Origin: a virus
Lineage: Duplodnaviria; Caudoviricetes
IMG/VR virus record: IMGVR_UViG_3300028601_000023
Location: 64,001 to 128,000 of that record
Reading direction: 5' to 3' (one strand)
DNA length: 64,000 nt
Shown: piece after piece, positions 41,150 through 51,896 of the stretch
How the letters are laid out: every line of letters starts with the position of its first letter
How positions within the stretch are numbered: the stretch's first letter is position 1
Notes under the pieces: model-generated
The model's input: only the letters and a program-made list of their open reading frames with translations
Told to the model about the DNA's origin: nothing
Database searches by the model: none
Position numbers and translations under genes: made by a program

Positions 41150-41773
41150 ATGAGTTATTCTATCATTGATTTAAGGTACAATTCTATAACTGAAATCTTC
41201 AGCTATGACAGACTATTGCTTTGGATCAATGATAGTTGTTGTCATTGGCAGACTTGGAGAGGAGACAGAAAACAACTTCTCAAATATACAATTGCTAATA
41301 ATCCAAACGAATTCAGCTGGACCTATGAACGTCAAGTCAGACAGTATTTGATTCTTGATGAATATGACAGAATTATATCTCGTGAGATTTTGACTGATGA
41401 AATTCTTTCCAAGACTAAAGAATGGTTTGGTACTATTAGAAAAGAACGAAATCGGGAACAGCTTGCAGCCTGGAAAGCAAAAAGAGAAATCATAGACGAA
41501 CAATGGGAATTCTGGTCTTCTAGAAGAGATCGTTACAAATATTATGATTATCATCGTCATCCTCGGACTACACAAGAAAGATCTTTTGCTGTAGACGTGG
41601 ATCACAAACCATATGTTAGAGGCAAAAGATCTCTTCCAAATCTCCCAGACTGGTATCAAGATATTCCGATTTATATTCACAGAAAGAAATCGTGGAAAGC
41701 ACTGACAAAAAGAAAAAGACAGTGGAATCCTATTGACAAATCTATAGAATCAGAATATTCTAAACTCAATTGA
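41150..41773 (+). CDS. conserved phage hypothetical protein
   Basis: RHPRTTQE..VRGKRS..NLPD...KSWK..TKRKRQW. Confidence 0.65.
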   Translation: MSYSIIDLRYNSITEIFSYDRLLLWINDSCCHWQTWRGDRKQLLKYTIANNPNEFSWTYERQVRQYLILDEYDRIISREILTDEILSKTKEWFGTIRKERNREQLAAWKAKREIIDEQWEFWSSRRDRYKYYDYHRHPRTTQERSFAVDVDHKPYVRGKRSLPNLPDWYQDIPIYIHRKKSWKALTKRKRQWNPIDKSIESEYSKLN

Positions 41774-41800
41774 ACGGAACAATAAACCAAGGAGTTTCAA
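41733..41800 (+). promoter_or_regulatory. early promoter + leader cassette, copy 8
   Basis: TTGACA(41733)-17-TATTCT(41756). Confidence 0.85.
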
Positions 41801-44155
41801 ATGGGAAAGTATGATCATCAGGGTTCGTTTACATTTTGGGGAAATCGTATCTATCCTTTACCAGATGGTCTCGGAATCAACGTCAATTACAGCATGTACA
41901 GCTCAAGCATAGACGATATTTCTATTGATGAACTTGGAATCGTGTTTGATAATCTTTCTGAAGTAGATGCAAAAGATTTTTCCGATGTAGATTCTGTTAT
42001 CAAGGCTAAAGATAATCCGCCCCATAAAGATGAAAGCCATATTATGATCAAATTGTTTTCATTGATCTCTGAACTTCAGATCGAAGCATGGGAAGATTTT
42101 CAATCAAAAGGAAGGTTATCTAAATGACTACTTTTACTTATGCAGATATGGTCAATACTGCTACAATGTTGGAACTCTTTACTTTGTTAGAAGCTGATCC
42201 AAATGTTTCTAGTAGAATTGATGATTTTTTCTTTATCTATATCGATGGGCATTATGATATTGCTCCGATGCACTATCCTATGCAATCTCTTTGCAAGTTT
42301 CTTGAAAATCCCGGCACCGTTGACGAAATTGTCGAGTTGTATGGATTAGAAATGATTGATCTTATTCGGTTCATGTGTGGAGATTGTCTATTTTGATAAA
42401 TAGATATCAGAGGTATATACATGGAAACAAAAGTTTTAGAAAAATTACAGATCTGTGACATTAATTCAAAAGAACATACAGAACTGATGATTCGAATTGT
42501 TGAGTTGTTAAGTTCTATTGATAAACAAATCAAATCCCTCGAAGAATCTGTAAAGTCTGCTCATAGGAGGACAGAAAATGGAAATCAGATGCACGGAATG
42601 TAATGCACATCTTGGAGATATTACCGGGAAGATTCGACTGTCTATGACCAACTATATCTGTACAAAATGTCTCAAGAAACTAAAAGCAATGGAATCGTTG
42701 AAGAACTCTGGATATCCTAAGAATGATTTTGGAGATATCTTCGGCGATCTGTTCGGCGACACATTTAGACGTTGACAGATCCGAATCGTTTGGGTATATT
42801 GATCCCAACAAAGGAGCTTATATGAAAAAGATCAAGACTATTATCATCTCGTGTCTGTTGGTTGTTTGTCTGCAGACATCAGCGTTTGCGTGGGGTGCTT
42901 TGGAACAGGGTATTCTCTGGGGTGTTGGCGGGACTATTGTAACACAGCAGCTGCTTCGTCCTCAGGTTGTTCATGTTCATCCTGCATATCAACCAACATA
43001 TTTTCCGTATACTCGGAGATACGTGGAACCATATCATGCCCCTCGTCCTGTAGAACCAATTTACAGAGAGACTGAAGCATACGATCCTGCTTGTGGTTGT
43101 TATAAGCGGGTCTTCATAAGAATTAATTAAGAACAATACTATCTGGAGGCATTTAGTGGATATTCTTTGTCCTTATTGTAATGCAGACGCTGATCAGATT
43201 TTGATTACTGCATTAGATAAAGAAGCGTGTTGGTGCGATGAATATGGTGTTTACTACAAGAAAGTTTTGAATGCTACACCAGAAGAAATGGATACTGCTA
43301 TTTACTCAAGTAACTATTGCTTCAAGTGTTGCGTCTGTGGATCCCTTCTACAACATTCTTATATCAACCATTATTATATCCGGGAACTCGAACGGAATAA
43401 AGGTAAAGCAGCATGATCAAGAAATACTGGTATGAAATCATTACTCCTCTTGGAACATTTAAATCTGATGGAGCAATGTGTACAGAAGAAACCTTAGAAA
43501 GAGCAAAAAAGTATATAGCTTGTGTATGTCAAGATGTTGCAAATCCAAATATAGCTTCTTCACATTGGTTTATTGTAAATAAAGAATTCGTTTACTTTCC
43601 AGATACTATTCTTGCTAATAGCATAATCAAAATCAAAACCGGATACAAATGGTGGTAATAATGGAAACATATATTAACTGCATGGATTGTCCTAACCATA
43701 TTGTAGAAGCTGATCCAGATCCGCATGATTGGTTTTGTGATGACGATCAGGCTGTTCTATGTACTTTAGCAAAAAATATTAATAATCAACATCGTTGGTG
43801 TGATAATCGTGTTTGGGTTCATAGACCCATTACATGGAGTTGTAGACCACATCATAAACGAGCAGATTGTGTTACTCCAGAATGGCGCCCGTTGCTTCAC
43901 AAAGAAGAACCCGCCACGTGTATCTGTGAAGGCAACTTTAGAAATATTATAAAAGAGACTGGAGGGCTGATCGGAAAAGATTTTAAAGATGCTAACAATA
44001 GAACATGGGAGTTTGCTGGAGTTCTCTGGGCATCTGACGATTTTTATTATGTCTTTGAACTTGAATCATATGATGCTGATATAACTCGGTATTGCTCTTG
44101 TATTGTTTCAATCGAACAGCACGGATTTAAACTTGTAGAATAGTAAAAGAATTAG

Positions 44156-44227
44156 TTGACAGAACTCCTTGGTTCAGTTATTCTAAACTCAATTGAACGG
44201 AACAACAACAAAACCAAGGAGTTTAAA
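44156..44227 (+). promoter_or_regulatory. early promoter + leader cassette, copy 9 (with SD-sequestering inverted repeat)
   Basis: TTGACA(44156)-17-TATTCT(44179); aactccttggtt / aaccaaggagtt. Confidence 0.85.
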
Positions 44228-44473
44228 ACGAACGTCAAGATCCACGATATTATCAAGTCCTACGATTTCCCTCACAATACTTCTTGCTACGCTATTGGAA
44301 TTGTTACTGCTCTTGAAGGTGACTATATCAACTTTACTTGTATTAAGCAGGTTTGGGAGGGTGAAGCAGTTGATCCCAGTGAATATGAAAATAAAAAAGA
44401 AATGAGAACAGTCAAGCAAGGCTGCATGTGTTGTGACGAGGGGTTTCCCAATCGCGTAACAGTAATCGGATAA
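44228..44473 (+). CDS. early protein with ACG at the expected start position
   Basis: ggagtttaaa-ACG-aacgtcaag in frame with VKIHDIIKSYDF. Confidence 0.55.
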   Translation, partial: TNVKIHDIIKSYDFPHNTSCYAIGIVTALEGDYINFTCIKQVWEGEAVDPSEYENKKEMRTVKQGCMCCDEGFPNRVTVIG

Positions 44474-44483
44474 TGGAGTTAAA

Positions 44484-45188
44484 ATGTACACTACACATAA
44501 ACCGAAGAACCGATACAGACGCCCGAAACTGAATAAGACTTTTCTATTTTTGTTTGTTTTCGTTGTATTGTCATTAGGATACTTCCATGTTCTGACCGAT
44601 GATCTAGTAAAGAAACACAGGGTTGGAGTAGAACTAGCATATGAATCGGGATATGAACAAGCTGTAGAAGAGTATAAGAATGATTATAGAATGGCGCATG
44701 AGATTATGACAGCGTTCTATGAGCATACTGATAATTCTTTCAATCAATATGTCCTATCTGAAAACAGAATACGAAAGATCATTGCTTTTTCTAATCCATC
44801 TCTAGACGAGAAAGTCATACAAGAATATATTGTTGCTATCAATAAATGGTCTAGACACTATGAACTTTCTCCGATCTTTGTTGCTGCAGTGATTCATAAA
44901 GAATCCAATTTCAAAAAGAATGCTGTATCAAAGATTGGATGCCGAGGACCTCTACAAGTATATCCAAAATTTCATAAAGAAAAACTGGAAGAGATCGGAA
45001 TCAAAACAAAAGATCTCCATGTCATCGATCATGGTATTCATATAGGAATAATGATCCTCAAAGAATATTTGATGCAATGCGACTACGACTATCGAGCAGC
45101 TCTTACAAAATTTGGTGGGTTCGTCAATTCTGATTCTACTGAATATGTAAATGGAATCTTTGAGGTTGCTATCTCTGCCTATAAATAA
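44484..45188 (+). CDS. membrane-anchored lytic transglycosylase (SLT domain)
   Basis: TM helix; AVIHKESNF..NAVS, G..GPLQV. Confidence 0.85.
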   Translation: MYTTHKPKNRYRRPKLNKTFLFLFVFVVLSLGYFHVLTDDLVKKHRVGVELAYESGYEQAVEEYKNDYRMAHEIMTAFYEHTDNSFNQYVLSENRIRKIIAFSNPSLDEKVIQEYIVAINKWSRHYELSPIFVAAVIHKESNFKKNAVSKIGCRGPLQVYPKFHKEKLEEIGIKTKDLHVIDHGIHIGIMILKEYLMQCDYDYRAALTKFGGFVNSDSTEYVNGIFEVAISAYK

Positions 45189-45207
45189 TTATATAGGAGA
45201 ATAGCGC

Positions 45208-45774
45208 ATGGCACAATATGAAAAAATTATTCCTTTTGTACTGAAATATGAAGGGATCGACACCGTAACAGATGACAAGCATGACAGAGGCGGAAAAACC
45301 AAGTACGGAATATCTCTGAAGTATGCTCAGCGTTCCAAACATAAACGGATCTTAGACAAAGATCAGAACGGTATTATCAATGGCAAAGACATCGAGCTTT
45401 TAGAACTTGATGATGCTCTTGATCTATATAAGTTAGATTTCTGGGATGTTGCTCGACTTGATCAGGTATCATCTAATAGAAAAGCGTTTGTCTTTTTTGA
45501 TATGATAGTCAATTCTGGTCTACGAAATGCTACTGGAGTTTTACAGAGAGCTCTACAAAATCTTGGACATACAATCAAGGTTGATATGTCTTTTGGACCG
45601 AAGACTTTTGCTCATCTAGAAGAAGCTGATGAAAACCAGTTGGTTGCAAAATTCCTAGAACTTCGAGAACGATTCTTTAGACGTATTGTTGAAATGGATC
45701 CTTCTCAGAAAAGATTCATCAACGGATGGCTAAATAGACTAGATTGGATTCGTCGAGATATCAACAAAGTTTAG
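45208..45774 (+). CDS. endolysin, glycoside hydrolase family 108 with PG-binding domain
   Basis: EG....D..DRGGKTKYGI, FDMIVNSG, F.NGW.NR; late promoter at 45180. Confidence 0.9.
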   Translation: MAQYEKIIPFVLKYEGIDTVTDDKHDRGGKTKYGISLKYAQRSKHKRILDKDQNGIINGKDIELLELDDALDLYKLDFWDVARLDQVSSNRKAFVFFDMIVNSGLRNATGVLQRALQNLGHTIKVDMSFGPKTFAHLEEADENQLVAKFLELRERFFRRIVEMDPSQKRFINGWLNRLDWIRRDINKV

Positions 45775-45782
45775 GAGACATT

Positions 45783-46187
45783 ATGAATTTTCTAAACTTT
45801 GAGATGATGTATCAGATCATCATTATCAATCTCTCTGTTGGATTTGTTTTTGTTATATTGTTTTCTCTATATAGGAATAGATCTAATGTGAATTTCTCTC
45901 AGATTCTAATGAGGGAAAATCGAATCTCCAAGGTTGGTGTTGGGTTCATCTTTGTGATGATGCTTGTTGTCTATCAGACACTTACTGATAAGGAAATTGA
46001 CGGATCTTTGGTTCAATTACTTATGGTTATATTCGGAGCCGAGATCACGGGCAAGTGGGTTGATACGAGATCATCTAATGACTTCTTTGATTCAGGATAT
46101 GATAATAATCGTAAAAGAAGTCGACGTCCTTTAGATGACACTAGAAAGCATTCTGAAATGGATGTAGACGATATAAACAACTTATAA
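45783..46187 (+). CDS. putative holin / membrane protein
   Basis: 2-3 TM segments and charged C-tail, next to endolysin. Confidence 0.5.
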   Translation: MNFLNFEMMYQIIIINLSVGFVFVILFSLYRNRSNVNFSQILMRENRISKVGVGFIFVMMLVVYQTLTDKEIDGSLVQLLMVIFGAEITGKWVDTRSSNDFFDSGYDNNRKRSRRPLDDTRKHSEMDVDDINNL

Positions 46188-46196
46188 GGAACAGAT

Positions 46197-47102
46197 ATGT
46201 CTTTTAGAACAATAATCAATTCTTATATCAGTCAGATCAATGCAGGTAAAAGTAGATATGATTCAATGTCGCATGCATCTCCAAGCTCTACTATTACAGC
46301 TGTAAACAATGTATTGAATACTGCTGCTAATGCTATTGAATCTGGAATAGATTCAATGTTCGATGATCCAGACATTACATCAGGGTCTAGATTAAACTTC
46401 TTGATTCTCAATGGATATTCTGAAGCGTTCAAAGAAGCTGAAAGTTGGCATGTCGGTCCTGATGATTTTACTCTAGAACCAAAATACTATCAGTGTAGAG
46501 GATTGTTCTATAAGTTAGCAGATATCGGAACTGCTGGCAAATATCTTTCTAACTATTCATATGCTGTATCAAATGTAATACAAATTATGGCTAATTTCCA
46601 AGATATGTATCAAATATTTGTCATGCCTCCAGAAGGCGTTTCCAAATTGGATGAATTCTGGTTGGTTTATGCTATGGATTTTAGTACACAAATGTTATCT
46701 GCTATAGATGTATTTGATACTGTAAGCAATGACTTTTTGTCTATTCCGGGAATGGTCAATTCATATAAAGACCTGGCGGAGACAGTCAATATGTCTATTG
46801 CTGTTGGAAATACATTTATTGAAAGTATCAATAAAGAAGCTTCTGTTGGCACTATCTTGTCTCAGTCATTTGCAAATATGGGATCATCTTTCGGTCTGTA
46901 TAACAATTCTATCCAACAGATTTACAATATTCATATTGAATCTGTCACAGAAAATCAAAATTCAAAAAACTATCCACCTGATACTTATAATACCAATCTA
47001 AAACGAATTCAGAAAGCAAAGATTCTTAACTTTGAGTTATTCTTCAATATCTCTACGACTATACATAATAACATTACAAACCTGCTGACTAAATATAGTT
47101 GA
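46197..47102 (+). CDS. hypothetical protein
   Basis: 301 aa ORF. Confidence 0.65.
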   Translation: MSFRTIINSYISQINAGKSRYDSMSHASPSSTITAVNNVLNTAANAIESGIDSMFDDPDITSGSRLNFLILNGYSEAFKEAESWHVGPDDFTLEPKYYQCRGLFYKLADIGTAGKYLSNYSYAVSNVIQIMANFQDMYQIFVMPPEGVSKLDEFWLVYAMDFSTQMLSAIDVFDTVSNDFLSIPGMVNSYKDLAETVNMSIAVGNTFIESINKEASVGTILSQSFANMGSSFGLYNNSIQQIYNIHIESVTENQNSKNYPPDTYNTNLKRIQKAKILNFELFFNISTTIHNNITNLLTKYS

Positions 47103-47153
47103 CAGATGATTAGATCTGTTGTAGTCTAAACAAATCAAATAAACGGAGGCATA

Positions 47154-47741
47154 ATGTTTATATTTTTAGACTGTGAAACTCTCGGTAAAAAAGAAGCTTC
47201 TATTATTCTTTCTATCGGACTGATTGCTTGTCCAGATGATTATACTATGAAATCTTTCAAAGATGCAGTATACGATGGTCTCTATATTACTCTATCGAAA
47301 AAAGAGCAGTATGATCTTGGGCGGACTGTTGATCAGAGTACTCTGGATTGGTGGGATAAACAAGGTGCAGAAGCAAAAGCCGTGCTAAACCCTTCTAAGA
47401 CTCTTCCGTTGAAGAATTTTAATCAAACGGTTTGGAGCTATCTCAATTCAAAAGGATTTAACAAAAAGACAGCGAAGATCTGGTCACGAGGATTGATTGA
47501 CGCTAAATGGTGGCACCATCTCTATGACTATACTCTCCCACAAGTAGATCCAAAAGCAATGAATCCTTTCGACTTTTGGATGTGGCGAGATACACGAACA
47601 GCTCTAGAACTTGTACATGGTGATCCAAACGGACAGCCTATGAATGTTCTAGTCAAAAAAGACGAATTCATCAAACACAATGCGCTACATGATGCTGCTC
47701 TAGATTGCTGGAGAATGTATCTTGGTGACGCTCCTTTCTAG
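47154..47741 (+). CDS. DEDDh 3'-5' exonuclease (DexA-like)
   Basis: FLDCETLG, WSRG..D, RDTRT, HNALHDA. Confidence 0.85.
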   Translation: MFIFLDCETLGKKEASIILSIGLIACPDDYTMKSFKDAVYDGLYITLSKKEQYDLGRTVDQSTLDWWDKQGAEAKAVLNPSKTLPLKNFNQTVWSYLNSKGFNKKTAKIWSRGLIDAKWWHHLYDYTLPQVDPKAMNPFDFWMWRDTRTALELVHGDPNGQPMNVLVKKDEFIKHNALHDAALDCWRMYLGDAPF

Positions 47742-47752
47742 GAGGCCTTTAT

Positions 47753-49495
47753 ATGATTCATGTGATTATTCCTGCGGCTGGCCTTGGCACTCGGATGGCT
47801 CCTTTGTCATCTGGGTTATCCAAAGCTCTAATTCCAGTAAACGGTAAACCCATCATATCTTGGATAGTAAATGAACTGTCTAAATATGATGATCAGATTG
47901 GTTCTATTAATATAATTGAATCTAAACTTGAAGACATTAGTCAATACTTTGACAATATTCAGACTAACGGAATTGCTTCTAAGATTGCCTGTATTCAGCA
48001 GGATCCTGCTTTCGGTGGACCTCTTGGAGCTATCTATTCTGCTATTACAGAAATTCATCTTGGTGTTGAAGATTCAGTACTTGTCTGGCTTGGTGATACT
48101 ATCTTTGTTGATAGTGAATTTATTTTTGATAAAGAATCCTTTGTTGTAGTAGATAAACCAGTAAAGGATACTGAAAGGTGGTGTGTTGCTTCTATCAACT
48201 ATAAAGATCCTCGACTTATCAACGAACTGTTTGATAAAGTCAATTTTGAAGATCTGTATGATCAGAACGAACTTTACTACCCACTGATCGGAATTTACTA
48301 TTTCAAAAATGCTCTGAACTTTGTTGATGCATGCAATTTTACTATTGAAAACAAGAATGGAAAAATAGGAAATGAATATCAGATTGCTCCATGTATCAAT
48401 AGATATGCACATGAAAAACATGTAGAAGTCTGTCATGCTGAAGATCGTTGGTATGATTGCGGAGAATTAGATACTTATTATAAATCTTGTGCTAGGTTGT
48501 TGAATCTTTCAGCAAGGGAACAGACACTAATCTCAATTGATATTGATAAGCAGTGTATTGAAAAAGAATCTAATCCGATGTCCAATAACTATATTACAAA
48601 TTGCCACAAGCTTGATGCTGAAGTATCTTGGTTCAATGCTGCATCTGGTTATCAGCAAGCATTTGTTCCAACAGTATTAGATCATTGTGTTGATAAAAGT
48701 ATGCATAGTCCAAAGATATGTTCCTATATCATGACATATGAACCAGGTAAAACTATGTCAGATATGTGGGTCTATGAAAAGATATCTACATCCGCGTGGA
48801 AATCTATTCTAACAAAACTGATCAATACTATTCAGACGGTATTCCATCAGAATGACAATGAATCCGATGAGATCTATAAGAATATTGTAAAAGAATCCGA
48901 TCGAAAGAGATACTTACAAGACTTAGAAAGAAGACTGCATCAAAGAGTACTTGACATTAATGAAAATCATGTTGTAATTTCTGATGATGAACTAGAACTG
49001 ATCGGAAGATGGATTGCTAAGACTATAGAAAGATTGCAGCTAACAAACAGTGTAAAAAATATTATTGTTCAAGGATCTTGTAATCGTCTCGTTCATGGAG
49101 ATATGCACCTTGGCAATATTCTGTATGATGGTTTGTCTGGGAAGATTACACTAATTGATCCAAGAGATCCTGCTGGGGTATTTGTTGACAAAAGATATGA
49201 TTACGCAAAACTAATGCAAAGTCTATTTACTGGCTACCATTCTATTATGGATAATATGTATAAAGTTGTAGATGATACTATTATATTTGATTCACGTACA
49301 CAAGCAATAATGTCTGAAAGCATGTGGGTACTGAAACAGAAATTGTCTAATGATGAATTCTATGCATGTCAAATGCTTTCTGTCTTATTGCTATTAACTT
49401 GTATACCGTTTCATACGGATAACCCACAGCGACAGAAAGCATTTTATATGCGGTCAATTAACTTGATGCAATCTAATGCATATATGTTTCTTTAA
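47753..49495 (+). CDS. nucleotidyltransferase fused to APH/choline-kinase-like domain
   Basis: IPAAGLGTRM..L....SKAL, WLGD, WYDCG; HGDMHLGN, LIDPR, YDYAKL. Confidence 0.88.
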   Translation: MIHVIIPAAGLGTRMAPLSSGLSKALIPVNGKPIISWIVNELSKYDDQIGSINIIESKLEDISQYFDNIQTNGIASKIACIQQDPAFGGPLGAIYSAITEIHLGVEDSVLVWLGDTIFVDSEFIFDKESFVVVDKPVKDTERWCVASINYKDPRLINELFDKVNFEDLYDQNELYYPLIGIYYFKNALNFVDACNFTIENKNGKIGNEYQIAPCINRYAHEKHVEVCHAEDRWYDCGELDTYYKSCARLLNLSAREQTLISIDIDKQCIEKESNPMSNNYITNCHKLDAEVSWFNAASGYQQAFVPTVLDHCVDKSMHSPKICSYIMTYEPGKTMSDMWVYEKISTSAWKSILTKLINTIQTVFHQNDNESDEIYKNIVKESDRKRYLQDLERRLHQRVLDINENHVVISDDELELIGRWIAKTIERLQLTNSVKNIIVQGSCNRLVHGDMHLGNILYDGLSGKITLIDPRDPAGVFVDKRYDYAKLMQSLFTGYHSIMDNMYKVVDDTIIFDSRTQAIMSESMWVLKQKLSNDEFYACQMLSVLLLLTCIPFHTDNPQRQKAFYMRSINLMQSNAYMFL

Positions 49496-50232
49496 ACTCC
49501 ATCATTAATATAAGCAATTGTGAGATCTCGAACGATTCCTGATCTCACAATATCATCAACATCGAATTCCGTAATACCAATGTTATCAATTTCATAACGG
49601 TCAACAATGTCAATGAATTGCTCTAAACCGGATACTTTAATGTCTCTTTGTTTTAGATCTCCACAAAAGATCATTTTTGTATTTTTTCCGATACGAGTAG
49701 ACAAACATTTGATTTCAGAAAACTCTAATTGCTGTGCCTCATCAACAATGACAATGGTATTTTCAAAGTTTCTGCCACGCATTGTTTCCATAGGTTCTAG
49801 AATGATTTTGGGATGTTCTCCGTGCATCCATGTATTGACAACGTTAGATCCGGCGAATTGTTTAGCGTATGTTAGCATCTGTTGAATCCACGGAAGCATT
49901 TTTTCATATATGTCTCCAGGGAAGAAGCCCATTGTTTTACCAGTTGGAACAGCAGCACGACAGAGGACGAGACGTTCATAATTACCTAGCGCAAGTTGTT
50001 GAATTGCATAGCCAATGGCAAGAAAAGTTTTACCAGTGCCCGGGCACCCATGACCGACAATAATAGTATCTTTACGTAATGATTTTAGAAATAGGATTTG
50101 ATTTTCAGTCTGTGGAGCAATAGATATTTGAAAGCGAGGTTCTGATGATAGAAATTTTTCATGAGATTTGCGTTTCTTTGATTTGTCGGATTCACGCACA
50201 CATTCTAGAGATTCAGCCTTTTTTCTACCCAT
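49492..50232 (-). CDS. phoH: PhoH-like ATPase
   Basis: GCPGTGKT, GFFPG, MRGRNF, DEAQ, GDLKQ, DIVRS. Confidence 0.92.
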   Translation of the reverse strand: MGRKKAESLECVRESDKSKKRKSHEKFLSSEPRFQISIAPQTENQILFLKSLRKDTIIVGHGCPGTGKTFLAIGYAIQQLALGNYERLVLCRAAVPTGKTMGFFPGDIYEKMLPWIQQMLTYAKQFAGSNVVNTWMHGEHPKIILEPMETMRGRNFENTIVIVDEAQQLEFSEIKCLSTRIGKNTKMIFCGDLKQRDIKVSGLEQFIDIVDRYEIDNIGITEFDVDDIVRSGIVRDLTIAYINDGV

Positions 50233-50315
50233 TTGATTTCCTTAATGATATTTTAGTTGACATTGTATGTCAACTTGATTATATTTATTAATCATCAAAA
50301 CAAAAGGAGCCTTTA

Positions 50316-50636
50316 ATGAATCAAGTAGTATTAATGAAAATGACCAATGGTGAAGAAGTTCTTGCAACTGTTGTAGCTGCTAATGACGATACCGTAACTG
50401 TGACTCATCCAATGTGTATCATGCCGAATCCTGATCAGCCTGGTGCTCTGATGATCTTTCCTTGGTCCGTTGTAACTGTTGATCGGAACAAAACTATTGA
50501 AGTTGTAGTGAATCGGACAGCAATGGTTTTTATTGTTGACGAAATTCCATCCAACATTGAAAAGTTCTACCGTGAACAGACATCTGGAATTATTGTGGAT
50601 TCCAGCTCTATGAATAACACCAAACTAATTCTCTAG
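50316..50636 (+). CDS. conserved T4-like Sm-fold protein (gp61.1-like)
   Basis: MKMTNGEEVLA...FPW...Y.EQTSGI. Confidence 0.6.
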   Translation: MNQVVLMKMTNGEEVLATVVAANDDTVTVTHPMCIMPNPDQPGALMIFPWSVVTVDRNKTIEVVVNRTAMVFIVDEIPSNIEKFYREQTSGIIVDSSSMNNTKLIL

Positions 50637-50646
50637 GAGTATATCA

Positions 50647-50940
50647 ATGGCAAAGCAGAAAAAAGTTAAAGTAGAATGGGGTGGAATGCCTACTTCTGAT
50701 GGTGATCTGAAGGTCATCAAGGCATCTATCGATGGTACCTTTGATATTGTAAAAGATATTGAGAATGCAAAGGATGATTTGACCGACTATTTCAAAGAAC
50801 TACATGAAAAGTTTGGTATGCCTCGTCGTGTATTCAACTTTCTTGTGCGGACCAATTACAAGGGCAATGCTTCTGAAGTAATTGACAAGAACTCTGAACT
50901 TGAAGAAGCATATGATGCACTTCAGAAGGTAGTTCTTTAA
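50647..50940 (+). CDS. dsbA: double-stranded DNA binding protein
   Basis: size, synteny before gp33, FGMPRRVFN.LV...YK. Confidence 0.7.
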   Translation: MAKQKKVKVEWGGMPTSDGDLKVIKASIDGTFDIVKDIENAKDDLTDYFKELHEKFGMPRRVFNFLVRTNYKGNASEVIDKNSELEEAYDALQKVVL

Positions 50941-51215
50941 TGAATATGACACTATCTGAGATCCAGAAGAACTCTGCGCAGCTAGATAGTGAAGATTTAC
51001 AACTTTATGTTATGAATGCTGTGCGATCTGGAGAGTGTGAATCTTATTTCGAAGCTCTCCAGAACTATATGGAAGAAAATGATATTGAAGATACTAATAT
51101 CAAAAAATATCTTTCTCCTGCTCTATATGATATTCTATTCAAGGAATGCGCTAACAAAGGCGTTCTGACAGAGAAGTTGAATGATATTAGTATAGATGAG
51201 TTTATGGATGACTGA
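50940..51215 (+). CDS. late transcription coactivator gp33
   Basis: SYFEAL..Y.EENDIE...LSP.L; synteny. Confidence 0.8.
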   Translation: MNMTLSEIQKNSAQLDSEDLQLYVMNAVRSGECESYFEALQNYMEENDIEDTNIKKYLSPALYDILFKECANKGVLTEKLNDISIDEFMDD

Positions 51216-51801
51216 TCAATGTCTACAAGATCCGTTTTCATTGTTTAAGAAATATGTTGCTGTAAAAGCGCATTTTACATCTGAGTTTCTTTATCATAAT
51301 TATGGTGGAAATATTCGTATCACAACCAAAGCATTTTATAAAAGGAAGGATCGAGTTCTTTTTGAGTATCTTGCGAAGACTCTAGCTAAAAATGAAACTG
51401 TTCCTTACTTTGTTGCTCAGATAGTATATTCTAATAACATGTATATAGCGGATCTTTTAGAATCGGTTGAAAAGTCCAATCGGATATATGATGAATGGGT
51501 TGATCGGATGATGAATATTCGGACAAACTTTAAACGTGACTTGCAGGTGATCAAATCAGAATCATCTAAACGAGAAATGTTTAAAGTCGAAGATACTGAT
51601 GATCATCCATTCATGTTTAAACTATACATACGGAGGATTATTACACCAGAAAGTTATTGCTTGCTGAATGATGCTATTGGACAATTGGATATGGATCATC
51701 ATGATGGACTTGTGACTACTAACAATTTCAAAATGAAAAAATACCGATACTTTTTGAAAATAGACTCAACAGAAGTAAAAGAAATGATGAGATTGACTTG
51801 A
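51208..51801 (+). CDS. helicase loader gp59
   Basis: Y.A.KAHF...Y..YGG, FYKRKDR..FE.LA. Confidence 0.85.
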   Translation: MTDQCLQDPFSLFKKYVAVKAHFTSEFLYHNYGGNIRITTKAFYKRKDRVLFEYLAKTLAKNETVPYFVAQIVYSNNMYIADLLESVEKSNRIYDEWVDRMMNIRTNFKRDLQVIKSESSKREMFKVEDTDDHPFMFKLYIRRIITPESYCLLNDAIGQLDMDHHDGLVTTNNFKMKKYRYFLKIDSTEVKEMMRLT

Positions 51802-51896
51802 TTTAGAATACCGTATAAATAGATCTATCAATGGGCAAAACATTAAACCGAAGAGCGAAATGCCAAGGTACCTACGTATAGCCCGGGAGTGATAAT

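Noticed and set aside
840-44227. CRISPR array suggested by a recurring ~35 nt sequence
   Set aside because: Copies are kilobases apart, carry -35/-10 boxes and an SD, and there are no spacers or cas genes
827-49885. Many short antisense or nested ORFs in the track (for example 3106-3504, 13498-13815, 29296-29697, 41213-41680)
   Set aside because: They are shadows of motif-supported genes on the other strand or frame, with no SD or motifs
51830-51896. T4-like autoregulatory pseudoknot upstream of gene 32
   Set aside because: Only short 4 bp complementarities (gggc/gccc, ggca/tgcc); not enough to support a structure by eye
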